From NCBI GenBank assembly GCA_963730185.1, contig CAVSQW010000008.1, positions 256,001-320,000 on the forward strand: a stretch of 64,000 nt of DNA, in the 5' to 3' direction. Below, in pieces: positions 37,568 to 47,136 of the stretch (positions are counted from its first letter, which is position 1; every line of letters starts with the position of its first letter). This DNA is from an uncultured Gemmatimonadales bacterium. GTDB taxonomy: Bacteria; Gemmatimonadota; Gemmatimonadetes; Gemmatimonadales; GWC2-71-9. The notes beneath the pieces were generated by a model. It saw nothing but the letters and a program-made list of their open reading frames with translations. It was not told the origin of the DNA and ran no database searches. Made by a program: the position numbers and the translations under genes.

Positions 37568-40546
37568 TCATCGGTCGTGCTGGGGGCGGGCCCCGGCCTC
37601 CGGCTCGGTCGCGGGAGCGGTGGCCGGCGCGCCGAGCTGATCCCGACCCTTGGCCAGGTAGGGGATGCCGTGGACCATCCAGTCGGGCGCCGGCGCGCCC
37701 TTCAGCTTGGCGTCGAAGAACTGCTGCATCCGCATCGCGATGTCCTTCTGGTTGGCGCGGCTCTGCGGATTGTGGACGTCGTTGTTGTAGTCGATCAGGT
37801 AGACCTCCTTCTGCAGCCGGCGGAGGCCCACGAAGAGCTCGATCCCCTGGTACCAGGGCACCGCGTCGTCCATGTCGTTGTGCATGATGAACAGCGGGGT
37901 GGTGACCCGGTCGAGCCAGAAGAGCGGTGAGTTCTCGACGTACTGCATCGGCTTCTCCCAGATCGACCCCCCGATCCGGCTCTGTCCCACCTCGTACTGG
38001 AACGCCCGCGCCAGCCCGCTTCCCCAGCGGATCCCGCCGTAGGCGCTGGTCATGTTGGCCACTGGTGCCCCGGACATCGCCGCGGCGAAGAGGTGCGACT
38101 GGGTGATCAGGAAGGCCGTCTGGTACCCGCCCCAGGACTGGCCCTGGAGGCCGAGGCCCTTGGGATCGACGTAGCCCCGAGCCAGCAGCATCTCCACTCC
38201 CGGCACGATCGACTTCACGGCGCTCGGCCCGGGGTAGCCGTCCTCGTAGTGGATGTCGGGTTCGAAGACGAGATACCCGTTGGAGACGTAGTGGGTCGGA
38301 TTGATCACGTTGCGCCCGTTCGGCGCGACGTACGAGTAGCGGTTCTGCGAGAGCTGCTCGTAGTAGTAGGTGATCATCGGGTACCGCTTGGAGGGATCGA
38401 AGTCCTCCGGCTTGTAGAGCAGCCCCTTGAGCGGAATGCCGTCCTGGCTGGTCCAGTGCACCAGCTCGACCGTGCCCCAGCGATAGTCCTTCTGCTGCGG
38501 ATTGGCGTCGGAGATCCGGGTCAGGGACGTGAGCGAGGGGCCGACCCAGAGGTCGGGGAACTGGGTGAAGGTGCTCTTGGTCACCATCCAGACGTCGGCG
38601 TCCTCGGCTCGGGTCGGGAAGCCGTAGGCCAGGTCGTCCATCACGACCCGGGTCGGGGCCCGGGTGGTGCCGAGCCGGTCCTCGTAAAACCCGCTGGCCA
38701 TCGTCTCGGCGTTCTCCGCCGAGAGGAGGAGCGGCTCGGAGGGATCGATGGGCTGCCCGGGCCCGCCCCGGCCGAACCGGCCTCGAGGCGCGGGTGCGCC
38801 GCGGCGCCGGGAGGTCGGGACGATCCGGAGAACCAGATCGCCGCGGCGTCCCAGCGAGTCGGTCACCATCACCGGACGCTTCGCGCCGGTCGGGTCCATC
38901 TCCCAGACGTCGTAGCGGTCGTAGAGCAGCAGGCTCCGGTCGTCGAGGGTCCAGCCGGCCAGTCCCCACGGCTGCGGGGTGGACGGCGTGTCCCAGGTCT
39001 CCTCGGCGAAGCTCACCCCGGGCAGCGGCGCCGTCAGGTCGACGGTGGTCCCCGTCGCGGTGCCGTAGCTGTACCAGTGCCCGTGGTCGAAGAAGGCCAC
39101 GAACTTCCCGTCGGGCGAGAGCGATGCCTGCCCGCTGATCTTCGGGCGAACCAGCGTCGCCGCGCCGGTGGCGGGGTCGATGACGTAGACGTCGGTGCCG
39201 CCGTCGCCCCACATCTGCTCGATCTGGTAGCGCTCCCGTGAGGCGGCGAAGGCCACCTTGCCGTCGGGGCTCACGTCGACGTCGGGGATGGAGTCGTTGC
39301 CGAGCTGGATCATCTTCCGGGTATTGAGGAAGTAGATCGCCCGGAAGGATCGGTTCCGATCGCGGACCGCGTTCAGGCGCTGGCTCGGCTGGAGGGTGGG
39401 GTCCTTCCAGTGCCAGAGGTCGAACACGGCCTTGTCCTTCAAGGAGTCGGTCGGGACCGAATCGGGGATCGTGGGCGCCACGCCGAACAGGATCGCTCCC
39501 CCGGTGCCGGTGAAGGATGGGGTGGCGTTGTCGGCCAGGTGGTAGCCGGCCGCCAGAGCGCCGGGCGTCACCACCGCCGTGGCCGGCCCGTTGGGCAGCT
39601 TGGCGTGATAGAGGGTGTAACGCGCGTCGTCCTGGCCGAACTGGTCGCGGTCGGAGAGGAATGCCAGCTGGCGTCCGGTCGTGTCGACCGCCAGCGCGTT
39701 GTAGTTGCCCCGTCCGGCGAGCAAGGTGGTGGTGGCGCCGGTGGCCAGGGTCCGCAGGTAGGCGCCGTCCTTGGTCGAGTCGTGCGAGACGACCGTGTAG
39801 GCGAGCACCCGGGCGCTGTCGTCGAAGGCGTAGGTGAGCACGTCGGCGAGCTGCTCCTCGGCGCCGCTTCCGAGATTCCGCAGCACCAGGAGCGAGCCGT
39901 ACCGCCGGCGGTCGCGATTGGCTCCGCCTCGGGGACGAGCCGTCGAGTCGGCCGTGGTCGTGTCACTCTGGACGTAGGCCACCCAGCCGCCGCTCTCGCG
40001 GGGCAGGCGGAAGGACCGGACGTGGGGCAGCGTGGTCACCTGTCCGTCGCTCAGCCGGACGAGCAGCAGCGAGGTGCGGGCGGCTTGAGGCCGGCCCCGC
40101 CCGGGCCGGCCCCTCTGGGTGGCGGCCTCGGCTTCGACCTCGGCCTGGAGCGGTTCGGCGATGGCGAGGACGTACCGCCCGTCGGCGGTGAACTGCGCCG
40201 GCGAGGCGTTGGGGCCACTCGGATCGGGCGCGCCGAAGGCGCGGCGGGGCCGGAGCCCGCCCGGGACGTTGTTGGGCCGGCCGAGGTAGCCGCGGGCCAC
40301 CCGGTATTCGGTGGCGCCGGTCGTGGACCGGACGATCAGGTCGCCGTCGCCGACCTGAGGAATGAGCGTGTAGGCCGCCCACCGGCCGTCGGGCGAGAGG
40401 GTGGCGCCGCTGATCGAGCGCCAGGTATCCCAATCGGCCTGGGTCAGGGCCCGTGCGGCCGACTGCGCCTGGGCGGTGAGGGGAAGCATCGCGACCAGGG
40501 CAACGGTCGCGGCCAGGAACGTCCGGCGAGTCGAGTGCATGGCCAA
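37568..40546 (-). CDS. Exported S9 prolyl oligopeptidase family serine peptidase
   Basis: Signal peptide; SPDG beta-propeller repeats; GQSWGGY nucleophile, DDAVPW, NDVH. Confidence 0.92.
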   Translation of the reverse strand: MAMHSTRRTFLAATVALVAMLPLTAQAQSAARALTQADWDTWRSISGATLSPDGRWAAYTLIPQVGDGDLIVRSTTGATEYRVARGYLGRPNNVPGGLRPRRAFGAPDPSGPNASPAQFTADGRYVLAIAEPLQAEVEAEAATQRGRPGRGRPQAARTSLLLVRLSDGQVTTLPHVRSFRLPRESGGWVAYVQSDTTTADSTARPRGGANRDRRRYGSLLVLRNLGSGAEEQLADVLTYAFDDSARVLAYTVVSHDSTKDGAYLRTLATGATTTLLAGRGNYNALAVDTTGRQLAFLSDRDQFGQDDARYTLYHAKLPNGPATAVVTPGALAAGYHLADNATPSFTGTGGAILFGVAPTIPDSVPTDSLKDKAVFDLWHWKDPTLQPSQRLNAVRDRNRSFRAIYFLNTRKMIQLGNDSIPDVDVSPDGKVAFAASRERYQIEQMWGDGGTDVYVIDPATGAATLVRPKISGQASLSPDGKFVAFFDHGHWYSYGTATGTTVDLTAPLPGVSFAEETWDTPSTPQPWGLAGWTLDDRSLLLYDRYDVWEMDPTGAKRPVMVTDSLGRRGDLVLRIVPTSRRRGAPAPRGRFGRGGPGQPIDPSEPLLLSAENAETMASGFYEDRLGTTRAPTRVVMDDLAYGFPTRAEDADVWMVTKSTFTQFPDLWVGPSLTSLTRISDANPQQKDYRWGTVELVHWTSQDGIPLKGLLYKPEDFDPSKRYPMITYYYEQLSQNRYSYVAPNGRNVINPTHYVSNGYLVFEPDIHYEDGYPGPSAVKSIVPGVEMLLARGYVDPKGLGLQGQSWGGYQTAFLITQSHLFAAAMSGAPVANMTSAYGGIRWGSGLARAFQYEVGQSRIGGSIWEKPMQYVENSPLFWLDRVTTPLFIMHNDMDDAVPWYQGIELFVGLRRLQKEVYLIDYNNDVHNPQSRANQKDIAMRMQQFFDAKLKGAPAPDWMVHGIPYLAKGRDQLGAPATAPATEPEAGARPQHDR

Positions 40547-40621
40547 TCACCTGTCTTGGAAGCGGCGGGTCAGGCCCGAAACATAGGCCCGGAGCGACCC
40601 CTCCGCGACCGCCCCTCCGGT

Positions 40622-41962
40622 TCAGGCCGGCTCGGCCCGAACCTGGCGCTCGATCGCGGGGTAACCGACCAACAGGCTGCCGGCCCGGGTGAGGTAGAAG
40701 AGGGTCCAGGCGGTCCACATGCCGATCGGGCCGAAGGCCGGCGTGAGCAGCAGGTCGAGGCCCACGTAGGCGGCGGTGGCCGCGATCGAGGCGTTGCGCA
40801 TCGCGGCCGAGCGCACGGCGCCGATGAAGATGCCGTCGAGCTGCCAGGCCGGGGCCCCGAGGAGCGGAATCGCGGCGCAGAAGGGGAGGAACCGAAGCGC
40901 GGCGGCGCGAGCGGCCGGGTCGGCGATCCAGTGGGTGATGATCGGCCGGCCGGCCACGAGGGTGACCACGAGAAACAGGGTGCCCGTGGCGAGGGCGAGC
41001 TCGGTGGTGATCCGGACGGCCCGGCGGAGATCGGGCAGCGACCGGGCGCCGACCGCCCGGCCGACGGCGACCTCCGCCGTGAAGGCATAGGCGTCGAGCA
41101 CGAACGCCCAGATCTCGACGATCTGGAGGAGGACCTGATTGCCGGCCAGGATCGCGGCGCCCTGCTTGGCCCCGGCGTTGGCGAACCAGGCGAAGCCGAT
41201 CACCATGGCCCAGCTCCGGACCATCATGTCGCCGTTGATGGCGAACAGCCGCCGGAGCGCGGAAGGGTTCCAGAGCGTGCCCCGGGCGGTGGCCTCCGGC
41301 GCGATCCCGCCGCCGGCCCGAATCACTCGCCAGGCCAAGACCAGGCCGACGACGGCGCCGGTCCAGTCAGCCACGGCCGTGGCCGTCCCCACGCCCCGGA
41401 CCCCGAGTCCCAGGCCCATGACGAACCAGAGGTCGAGGATCACGTTGGTCAGCCCGAAGACGACGTTCACCGCCAGGACGGCCCGGGTTCGTCCCAGTCC
41501 GATCAGCCAGCCGGTGAGAGCGAAGGTCGCGTAGGCCGCCGGGGCGCCCCAGATCCGGGCTCCGAAGTAGCCGGCTCCCGCGCGCTCGACTTCCGGACCG
41601 CCCTGGAGCACGCCGAATCCGAGGGCGCTGAGCGCCGGGCCGAGCAGCAGCATCACGACGCCGATCGCGGCCGAGAGGGCGAGCGCCCGAAAGAGAATCC
41701 GCTGGAGCTCCACCCGTTGGCCGGCGCCCGAGGCTTGGGCGGCCAGGCCGGTCGAGCTCATCCGGAGGAAGTAGAAGCTCCAGTAGAGGACGTTGAAGAG
41801 GGTGACGCCGAGGGCCACGCCGCCGAGGTCGACGCTGGTGCCCACCGCGCCGATGACCGCCGTGTCGGCCGCCCCGGCGAGCGGGATCGCCGCGTTGGCG
41901 AAGATCATCGGCCAGGCGATTCGCCAGGCCGACCGGCGGGTGAGGGGGGCCGCGGTGCTCAT
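40622..41962 (-). CDS. MATE family efflux transporter (DinF-like)
   Basis: PLAGAADTAVIG, FLRMSSTGLAAQA, NVILDLWFV, LDGIFIGA. Confidence 0.93.
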   Translation of the reverse strand: MSTAAPLTRRSAWRIAWPMIFANAAIPLAGAADTAVIGAVGTSVDLGGVALGVTLFNVLYWSFYFLRMSSTGLAAQASGAGQRVELQRILFRALALSAAIGVVMLLLGPALSALGFGVLQGGPEVERAGAGYFGARIWGAPAAYATFALTGWLIGLGRTRAVLAVNVVFGLTNVILDLWFVMGLGLGVRGVGTATAVADWTGAVVGLVLAWRVIRAGGGIAPEATARGTLWNPSALRRLFAINGDMMVRSWAMVIGFAWFANAGAKQGAAILAGNQVLLQIVEIWAFVLDAYAFTAEVAVGRAVGARSLPDLRRAVRITTELALATGTLFLVVTLVAGRPIITHWIADPAARAAALRFLPFCAAIPLLGAPAWQLDGIFIGAVRSAAMRNASIAATAAYVGLDLLLTPAFGPIGMWTAWTLFYLTRAGSLLVGYPAIERQVRAEPA

Positions 41963-41993
41963 GCCCGCGGCGGTAGCGCGTGGGAACCCGGGC

Positions 41994-42950
41994 TCAGGCG
42001 CCGAGCTCGCGATACCAGGCGGTAAACGCCACCTCGATGAACCGCTTGTTGAAGAGGATCCACTCGCCGAGCGAGGCCGGCAGGGTGTACCCAGCGGCGC
42101 CGTCAGCGGCCGAGAGGCCGCGCCCGTGGGCGTCCTTGGCCGCCCGCTCCACCTCGTCGAGGAGCGCGACGTACCGGTCCAGATCGGCCGCCCGCGCGAT
42201 GGAGCCGTGGCCCGGGACGTAGGTCGGGTTCCCGTCCCGGCGGAGCGCGGCCACGGAGCGGGCCAGGGTGGTCGGCATGGCGTCCATGTAGTTCGGGAAC
42301 ATCCCGTTCCACACCAGGTCGCCGGTGAAGGTCAGGTTCGGCTCCTCGATCCGGACGAAGAGATCGCTCGGGGTGTGGCCCGACGAGGGGATCACGGTCA
42401 CGCTCCGTCCCCCGAGGTCGAGCGTCGACGGCGTGGACGGGTCGACCGGCACCATCTCGGCCAGCGCGGCGGCGCGGGCCTCGTCGGCCGGCTTGTTGCG
42501 CTCCAGCACCAGGCTCCTGGTCCGGTCGGTGGTCCGAAGCTCCGGCGAGCGGCCGTCCTGGAAATACCCGGCCACCCCGTTGGCATGGTCGCTGTGATAG
42601 TGGGTGACGAGCACGTGGGTCGGCCAGCGCCCGGTGAGTTCGTGGGCCTGCGAAGCCACCCAGGCGGCGCCCTTCGGCTGCTGGTACCCCTCGATCGTGA
42701 GGACCGCGTTCTTCCCGGCGATGATGCCGCCGTTACAGACCGTGGTGTAGTCGCCGGAGAGCGGGGTGGAGACGACGGCCCACAGCCCGGGCCCGACCTC
42801 CTCGATCCGGGCAAAGGCCTCCGCGGTGACGATCCGGCCAGCCGGCCGGGCGGTCCAGCGGTGGCGGAGCGCGGTGGGGGCGACCAGGGCGGCCAACGCG
42901 ATGTGGCCGGCGCAGGAGCCGAGGAACTCGCGGCGGGTCGGATGCGACAT
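41994..42950 (-). CDS. Tat-exported MBL-fold metallo-hydrolase
   Basis: TRREFL; THYHSDH, GHTPSD, FTGDL, VPGHG. Confidence 0.9.
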   Translation of the reverse strand: MSHPTRREFLGSCAGHIALAALVAPTALRHRWTARPAGRIVTAEAFARIEEVGPGLWAVVSTPLSGDYTTVCNGGIIAGKNAVLTIEGYQQPKGAAWVASQAHELTGRWPTHVLVTHYHSDHANGVAGYFQDGRSPELRTTDRTRSLVLERNKPADEARAAALAEMVPVDPSTPSTLDLGGRSVTVIPSSGHTPSDLFVRIEEPNLTFTGDLVWNGMFPNYMDAMPTTLARSVAALRRDGNPTYVPGHGSIARAADLDRYVALLDEVERAAKDAHGRGLSAADGAAGYTLPASLGEWILFNKRFIEVAFTAWYRELGA

Positions 42951-43036
42951 GCGGCCATCTCGCGCTGAGGGGATCGATGAGGCTCCCTCAAGCTACTCGG
43001 AGGGTCGGCCATGCGGAACGATCGGGTCGAGCGACG

Positions 43037-45340
43037 CTAGGGTCGGTTCTCCGGCCGGATGACCGGGAGCACGACATGACTGGCCGCTCCGGGGCCGTGA
43101 TGGAGCGACATGGTGCCGACGACGGTCTCGGTGACCCGCCCCTCGTCGCCACCGGTGTTGGAGTTCGGAAAGGAGTAGTTGTCGACCGCGTTCATGATCG
43201 CGATCCGGATCCGGTGGCCCTTCTTGAAGGTGTTGGCGATCGAGCGGATCCAGATCCGGTACTGTACCACCTCGGCGGGGTTGCCGGAGAGCAGGTCCTC
43301 GCGACCGAAGTTGCTCCCGGCCACGTGGTGCTGGGGATCGTCGAGATTGCGGAAGCGGGCCCGGAGCATCCCCATGGTGATTCGGTTGGAATGGCCGCTG
43401 GTGTCGACGTCGGCCACGTGGACCCACCAGTCGGTGTCCTTCACGTCGGTGGAGGCATAGAGCACCGCGGTGAGGTCGCCGGCGATCGTAAGGTCCTCCT
43501 CGAGCGGTGGGGAGGTGTACACCACGACGTCGGGTCGGGTCTCGACGTCCTTGAAGTCGTAGGGCCAGGTCTGCTGGTCTTCCCACCGCTGCATCTGCTC
43601 GAAGCTCATCCAGTTGGTTGGTGGGGCTTCGGGGTCGTAGCGCCAGGTGTCGGCCGGTTCGTCGGCGGCGGGAGCCTCCCGGGTGAGCGAGCCCGCGCTC
43701 AGGAGCCGTTGCGCGTTGCCGCGGCTGTGGAAGTACCAGGTCTCCGGAATGGCTTCCTTGGGGGGCCAGGCGGTCGCCGTGCGCCACTGGTTCGCGCCCA
43801 ACACGAAGTACTGGACGGTCGGCTGGTCGACGCCGTTGTCGACCCCCTTCAGGAAGTGATCGTACCATCGTTGCTTGAGGAGCCAGATGTCGTCCCGGAC
43901 GGCCTGGGGCCCGAACCGGTAGCCGTTCAGGGCCCGATCGGCGTTGTAGCCGTGCTTCCAGGGGCCGATGAGGAGCCGCTGCGGCACGGTGCCGGTCCGG
44001 GTCATCAGGTTCCAATTGCTCTCGGTCCCGGGAAAGTCGTCGTCGAACCAGCCGCTGATCATGAAGGCGCCGAACCCGCGCGGACCGACGTCGCGATACC
44101 AGTCCTGGCGGGCCCAGTAGTCGTCGTTGGTCTGGTGATTCCAGAAGACGTTCCACTCCGGGATGTCCCGGCCGGTCGCGTAGTCGTCCATGGTCATGAG
44201 CGGCCGATGGTGCAGGATGTCGGTCCAGGTTCGTCCCGGGAGGACCTGGAGGTCCAGCATGTACAGCATGTAGTAGAGCATCCCCTCGACGAAGCTGCCG
44301 CCCATGTAGGGCTGGTCGCTGAAGGCGGTGCCCATCGAGCTCTCCGGCACGAGGCACTTGAGGGCCGGGTTCCCGGCCATCGAGGCGGTCCACTGGGTGT
44401 AGCCGACGTAGGAGCCGCCCTGCATGCAAATCTTGTGGTCGGCCCAGGGTTGGGCCACGATCCACTCGAGCGCCGCCCGGCCGTCGGCCGGCTCGTTGAT
44501 CATCGGCACCCAGCTCCCCTCGGAGCGGTTGTCGGGGTCCCAGTAGGCGGTGCCCCGGGCCGCCTGGAAGACGAGCGCGAAGCCCCGGGCGGCGTAGTGC
44601 CAGTATGCCGAGATCAGGGAGCCGATCCCGTAGGGAGTCCGGATGAAGACGACCGGGAACGGCCCCTTGGCGTCGGGGCCGTCGGGCAGGTAGACCCGGG
44701 TGGCCAAACGGACGCCGTCGGGCATCGGAACCATGATCTTGCCGAGATCGCGGTAACCGTAACGCGGCTGGCTCACCGCCGGGTCCCGCCAGGCCGCCAC
44801 CGTCGTGAAGCCTTCGGCGCCGCGCCGGACCAGGACATGATCGCCGCCGGGGTCGACGGCCGCCACCAGCCGGCCATCGTCTCCGATGATCAGGTCGAGC
44901 GGGCGGGCGCCCTCCTGACGAACCCACCGGGTGGCGTGCACCATCCGGCCGGCCACCCGGGCTTCGCGCTGCTCGGCCGGGACGTAGATCGAGGCCGCGG
45001 TCGGCCAGCCGACGGCGGCGAGGTGACGCCAATCGATCGCGTCGATCGACGCGAGCCCGGCCACGATTCCGCCGAGGGCGCCCGGCAGACGGAAGGCCGG
45101 GTCGCCCGCGGGGCGCCCCTGGAGCGAGGTGGCGTCGGGCGACCACGTGCCGGTGGCAGGATTCCGGGTCCGGAGCGTGTAGCTCGCTCGCTGGCCGACC
45201 GTCCCGACCGTGAGGTGGGCCACCGGCACACCCGCGGTATAGACGTCGTAGACGACGCTGGCGGGGCGGGCGACCTGGGCGGTGGCGGGGAGGGTCGCCC
45301 CGGCCAGCAGCGCGGCAGCCCAACGGGAAGAGCGGATCAT
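43037..45340 (-). CDS. CocE/NonD family hydrolase with extra N-terminal domain
   Basis: Signal peptide; MPDGVRLAT, RTPYG, GGSYVG, GWFDD, GPWKH; C-terminal FKKGHRIRI. Confidence 0.9.
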   Translation of the reverse strand: MIRSSRWAAALLAGATLPATAQVARPASVVYDVYTAGVPVAHLTVGTVGQRASYTLRTRNPATGTWSPDATSLQGRPAGDPAFRLPGALGGIVAGLASIDAIDWRHLAAVGWPTAASIYVPAEQREARVAGRMVHATRWVRQEGARPLDLIIGDDGRLVAAVDPGGDHVLVRRGAEGFTTVAAWRDPAVSQPRYGYRDLGKIMVPMPDGVRLATRVYLPDGPDAKGPFPVVFIRTPYGIGSLISAYWHYAARGFALVFQAARGTAYWDPDNRSEGSWVPMINEPADGRAALEWIVAQPWADHKICMQGGSYVGYTQWTASMAGNPALKCLVPESSMGTAFSDQPYMGGSFVEGMLYYMLYMLDLQVLPGRTWTDILHHRPLMTMDDYATGRDIPEWNVFWNHQTNDDYWARQDWYRDVGPRGFGAFMISGWFDDDFPGTESNWNLMTRTGTVPQRLLIGPWKHGYNADRALNGYRFGPQAVRDDIWLLKQRWYDHFLKGVDNGVDQPTVQYFVLGANQWRTATAWPPKEAIPETWYFHSRGNAQRLLSAGSLTREAPAADEPADTWRYDPEAPPTNWMSFEQMQRWEDQQTWPYDFKDVETRPDVVVYTSPPLEEDLTIAGDLTAVLYASTDVKDTDWWVHVADVDTSGHSNRITMGMLRARFRNLDDPQHHVAGSNFGREDLLSGNPAEVVQYRIWIRSIANTFKKGHRIRIAIMNAVDNYSFPNSNTGGDEGRVTETVVGTMSLHHGPGAASHVVLPVIRPENRP

Positions 45341-45446
45341 GCGGGCGTGCTCCGATCGATTGGCGGGCGGCAGACTCCGAATCTCCCAATAATACGGCGT
45401 GGCGCTCGCCCGAGCATCCTGGGCCGGAGGCCTTATCTTCCGGGCC

Positions 45447-47078
45447 ATGAGCGATCGACGCATTCGGGTGCGAAGCCTGCTTCGCGACCCCCGGTTCACG
45501 AAAGGTGCCAGCTTCACGGAGGCTGAGCGCGATCTTCTCGGCCTCCGTGGTTTGCTTCCCCCGCGGGTGCTGTCCCAGGCCGAGCAGGTGCCCCGCATTC
45601 TCGAGCACTTCCATCTCAAGCCCAATCCGCTCGAGCAGTACATCTACCTGCTCAGCCTGATGGACCGCGACGAGCACCTGTTCTTCCACGTGGTGACCGA
45701 GCACATCGCCGAGATGATGCCCATCATCTACACGCCGACCGTGGGCGAGGCGTGTCAGAAGTTCGGTCACCTGTTCCGGCAGCCGCGGGGGTTGTACATC
45801 ACTGCCCGCGATCGCGGCCGGGTGGCGAGCATCCTCTCCAACTGGACCGAGCCCGAGGTGGGGATCATCGTCGTCACCGACGGCGAGCGGATCCTGGGCC
45901 TCGGCGACCTGGGCGCCAACGGGATGGGGATTCCGATCGGCAAGCTTTCGCTCTATACGGCCTGCGCCGGCGTCGACCCGTCGCTCTGTCTCCCGGTCAC
46001 GATCGACGTGGGGTGCAACCGGGCCGAGATCCGCGACGACCCGCTCTATCTGGGGCTGCCCCAGGAGCGAGTCCGCGGGCACGACTACGAGGCCTTGCTC
46101 GACGAGTTCGTCGCCGGGGTCGAGAAGGTGTTCCCCCGCGCGGTGCTGCAGTTCGAAGACTTCGCCACCGAGAACGCCTTCCGGCTGCTCCACCGGTACC
46201 GGGACCGGCTCTGTTGCTTCAACGACGACATCCAGGGGACCGCCGCGGTCACGGTGGCGGGCTTGATGTCGGCGGCGCGAGTCACCGGCCGACCCCTCGC
46301 CGGCCAGACCGTGCTCTTTCTCGGGGCGGGCTCGGCCGCGACCGGCATCGCCGACCTGATCGTCGCGGCCCTGGTCACCGAGGGCATGGCTGAGGCCGAG
46401 GCCCGCCGGCACTGCTGGTTCGTGGATTCGAAGGGACTGGTCGTCGCGAGCCGGACCGATTTGGCCGAGCACAAGCGGCCCTACGCCCATCCGCACGCGC
46501 CGGCCGCGAGCCTGGCCGGCGCGGTGGAGCAGCTCCGGCCCACCGCGTTGGTCGGGGTGTCGGCCCAGCCCTCCACCTTCACCGAGCCGGTCGTCCGAGC
46601 CATGGCAGCCCTCAACGAGCGGCCGATCGTGTTCCCGCTCTCCAATCCGACCAGTCGGTCCGAGTGCACCGCCGAGGAAGCGTATCGCTGGAGCGACGGC
46701 CGCGCGGTGTTCATGAGCGGGAGCCCGTTCGCGCCGGTCGACCTCGGCGGCCGAACCCTCGAGCCGGGCCAGGGAAACAACGCCTACATCTTTCCGGGTC
46801 TGGGCCTCGGTCTGATCGTGGCCCGGGCCACCCGAGCCACCGACCGGATGTTTCTGGCCGCCGCGCGAACCCTCGCCAACCTGGGAACGCCGGCGCTCCA
46901 CGAGCGGGGGCTACTCTTTCCGCCATTGAGCGAAATCCGCCGGGTGTCGGCCGCGATCGCTACCGCGGTCGCGGAGGTGGCATACCAGGATGAGGTGGCG
47001 GGGGCCGAACGGCCGGACGATCTCGACTCGGCGGTGCGAGCCAACATGTACACGGCGAGCTACCCCAGCTACGTCTGA
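45447..47078 (+). CDS. maeA: Malic enzyme (MaeA/SfcA, eukaryote-like type)
   Basis: PIIYTPTVGEAC, VTDGERILGLGDLG, QFEDF, FNDDIQGT, GAGSA, PLSNPT, QGNNAYIFPG. Confidence 0.93.
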   Translation: MSDRRIRVRSLLRDPRFTKGASFTEAERDLLGLRGLLPPRVLSQAEQVPRILEHFHLKPNPLEQYIYLLSLMDRDEHLFFHVVTEHIAEMMPIIYTPTVGEACQKFGHLFRQPRGLYITARDRGRVASILSNWTEPEVGIIVVTDGERILGLGDLGANGMGIPIGKLSLYTACAGVDPSLCLPVTIDVGCNRAEIRDDPLYLGLPQERVRGHDYEALLDEFVAGVEKVFPRAVLQFEDFATENAFRLLHRYRDRLCCFNDDIQGTAAVTVAGLMSAARVTGRPLAGQTVLFLGAGSAATGIADLIVAALVTEGMAEAEARRHCWFVDSKGLVVASRTDLAEHKRPYAHPHAPAASLAGAVEQLRPTALVGVSAQPSTFTEPVVRAMAALNERPIVFPLSNPTSRSECTAEEAYRWSDGRAVFMSGSPFAPVDLGGRTLEPGQGNNAYIFPGLGLGLIVARATRATDRMFLAAARTLANLGTPALHERGLLFPPLSEIRRVSAAIATAVAEVAYQDEVAGAERPDDLDSAVRANMYTASYPSYV

Positions 47079-47095
47079 GCCGGCCCGCCTAGCAC

Positions 47096-47129
47096 TTTCA
47101 CGTTCTCTTCATCCTGGGGCCCGTACGTT
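47096..47129 (+). promoter_or_regulatory. Tandem boxes plus -10 element upstream of nifJ (probably leaderless transcript)
   Basis: TTTCAC-gttct-CTTCAT-N11-TACGTT, then 7 nt to ATG 47137 with no SD. Confidence 0.6.
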
Positions 47130-47136
47130 GCGCCCC

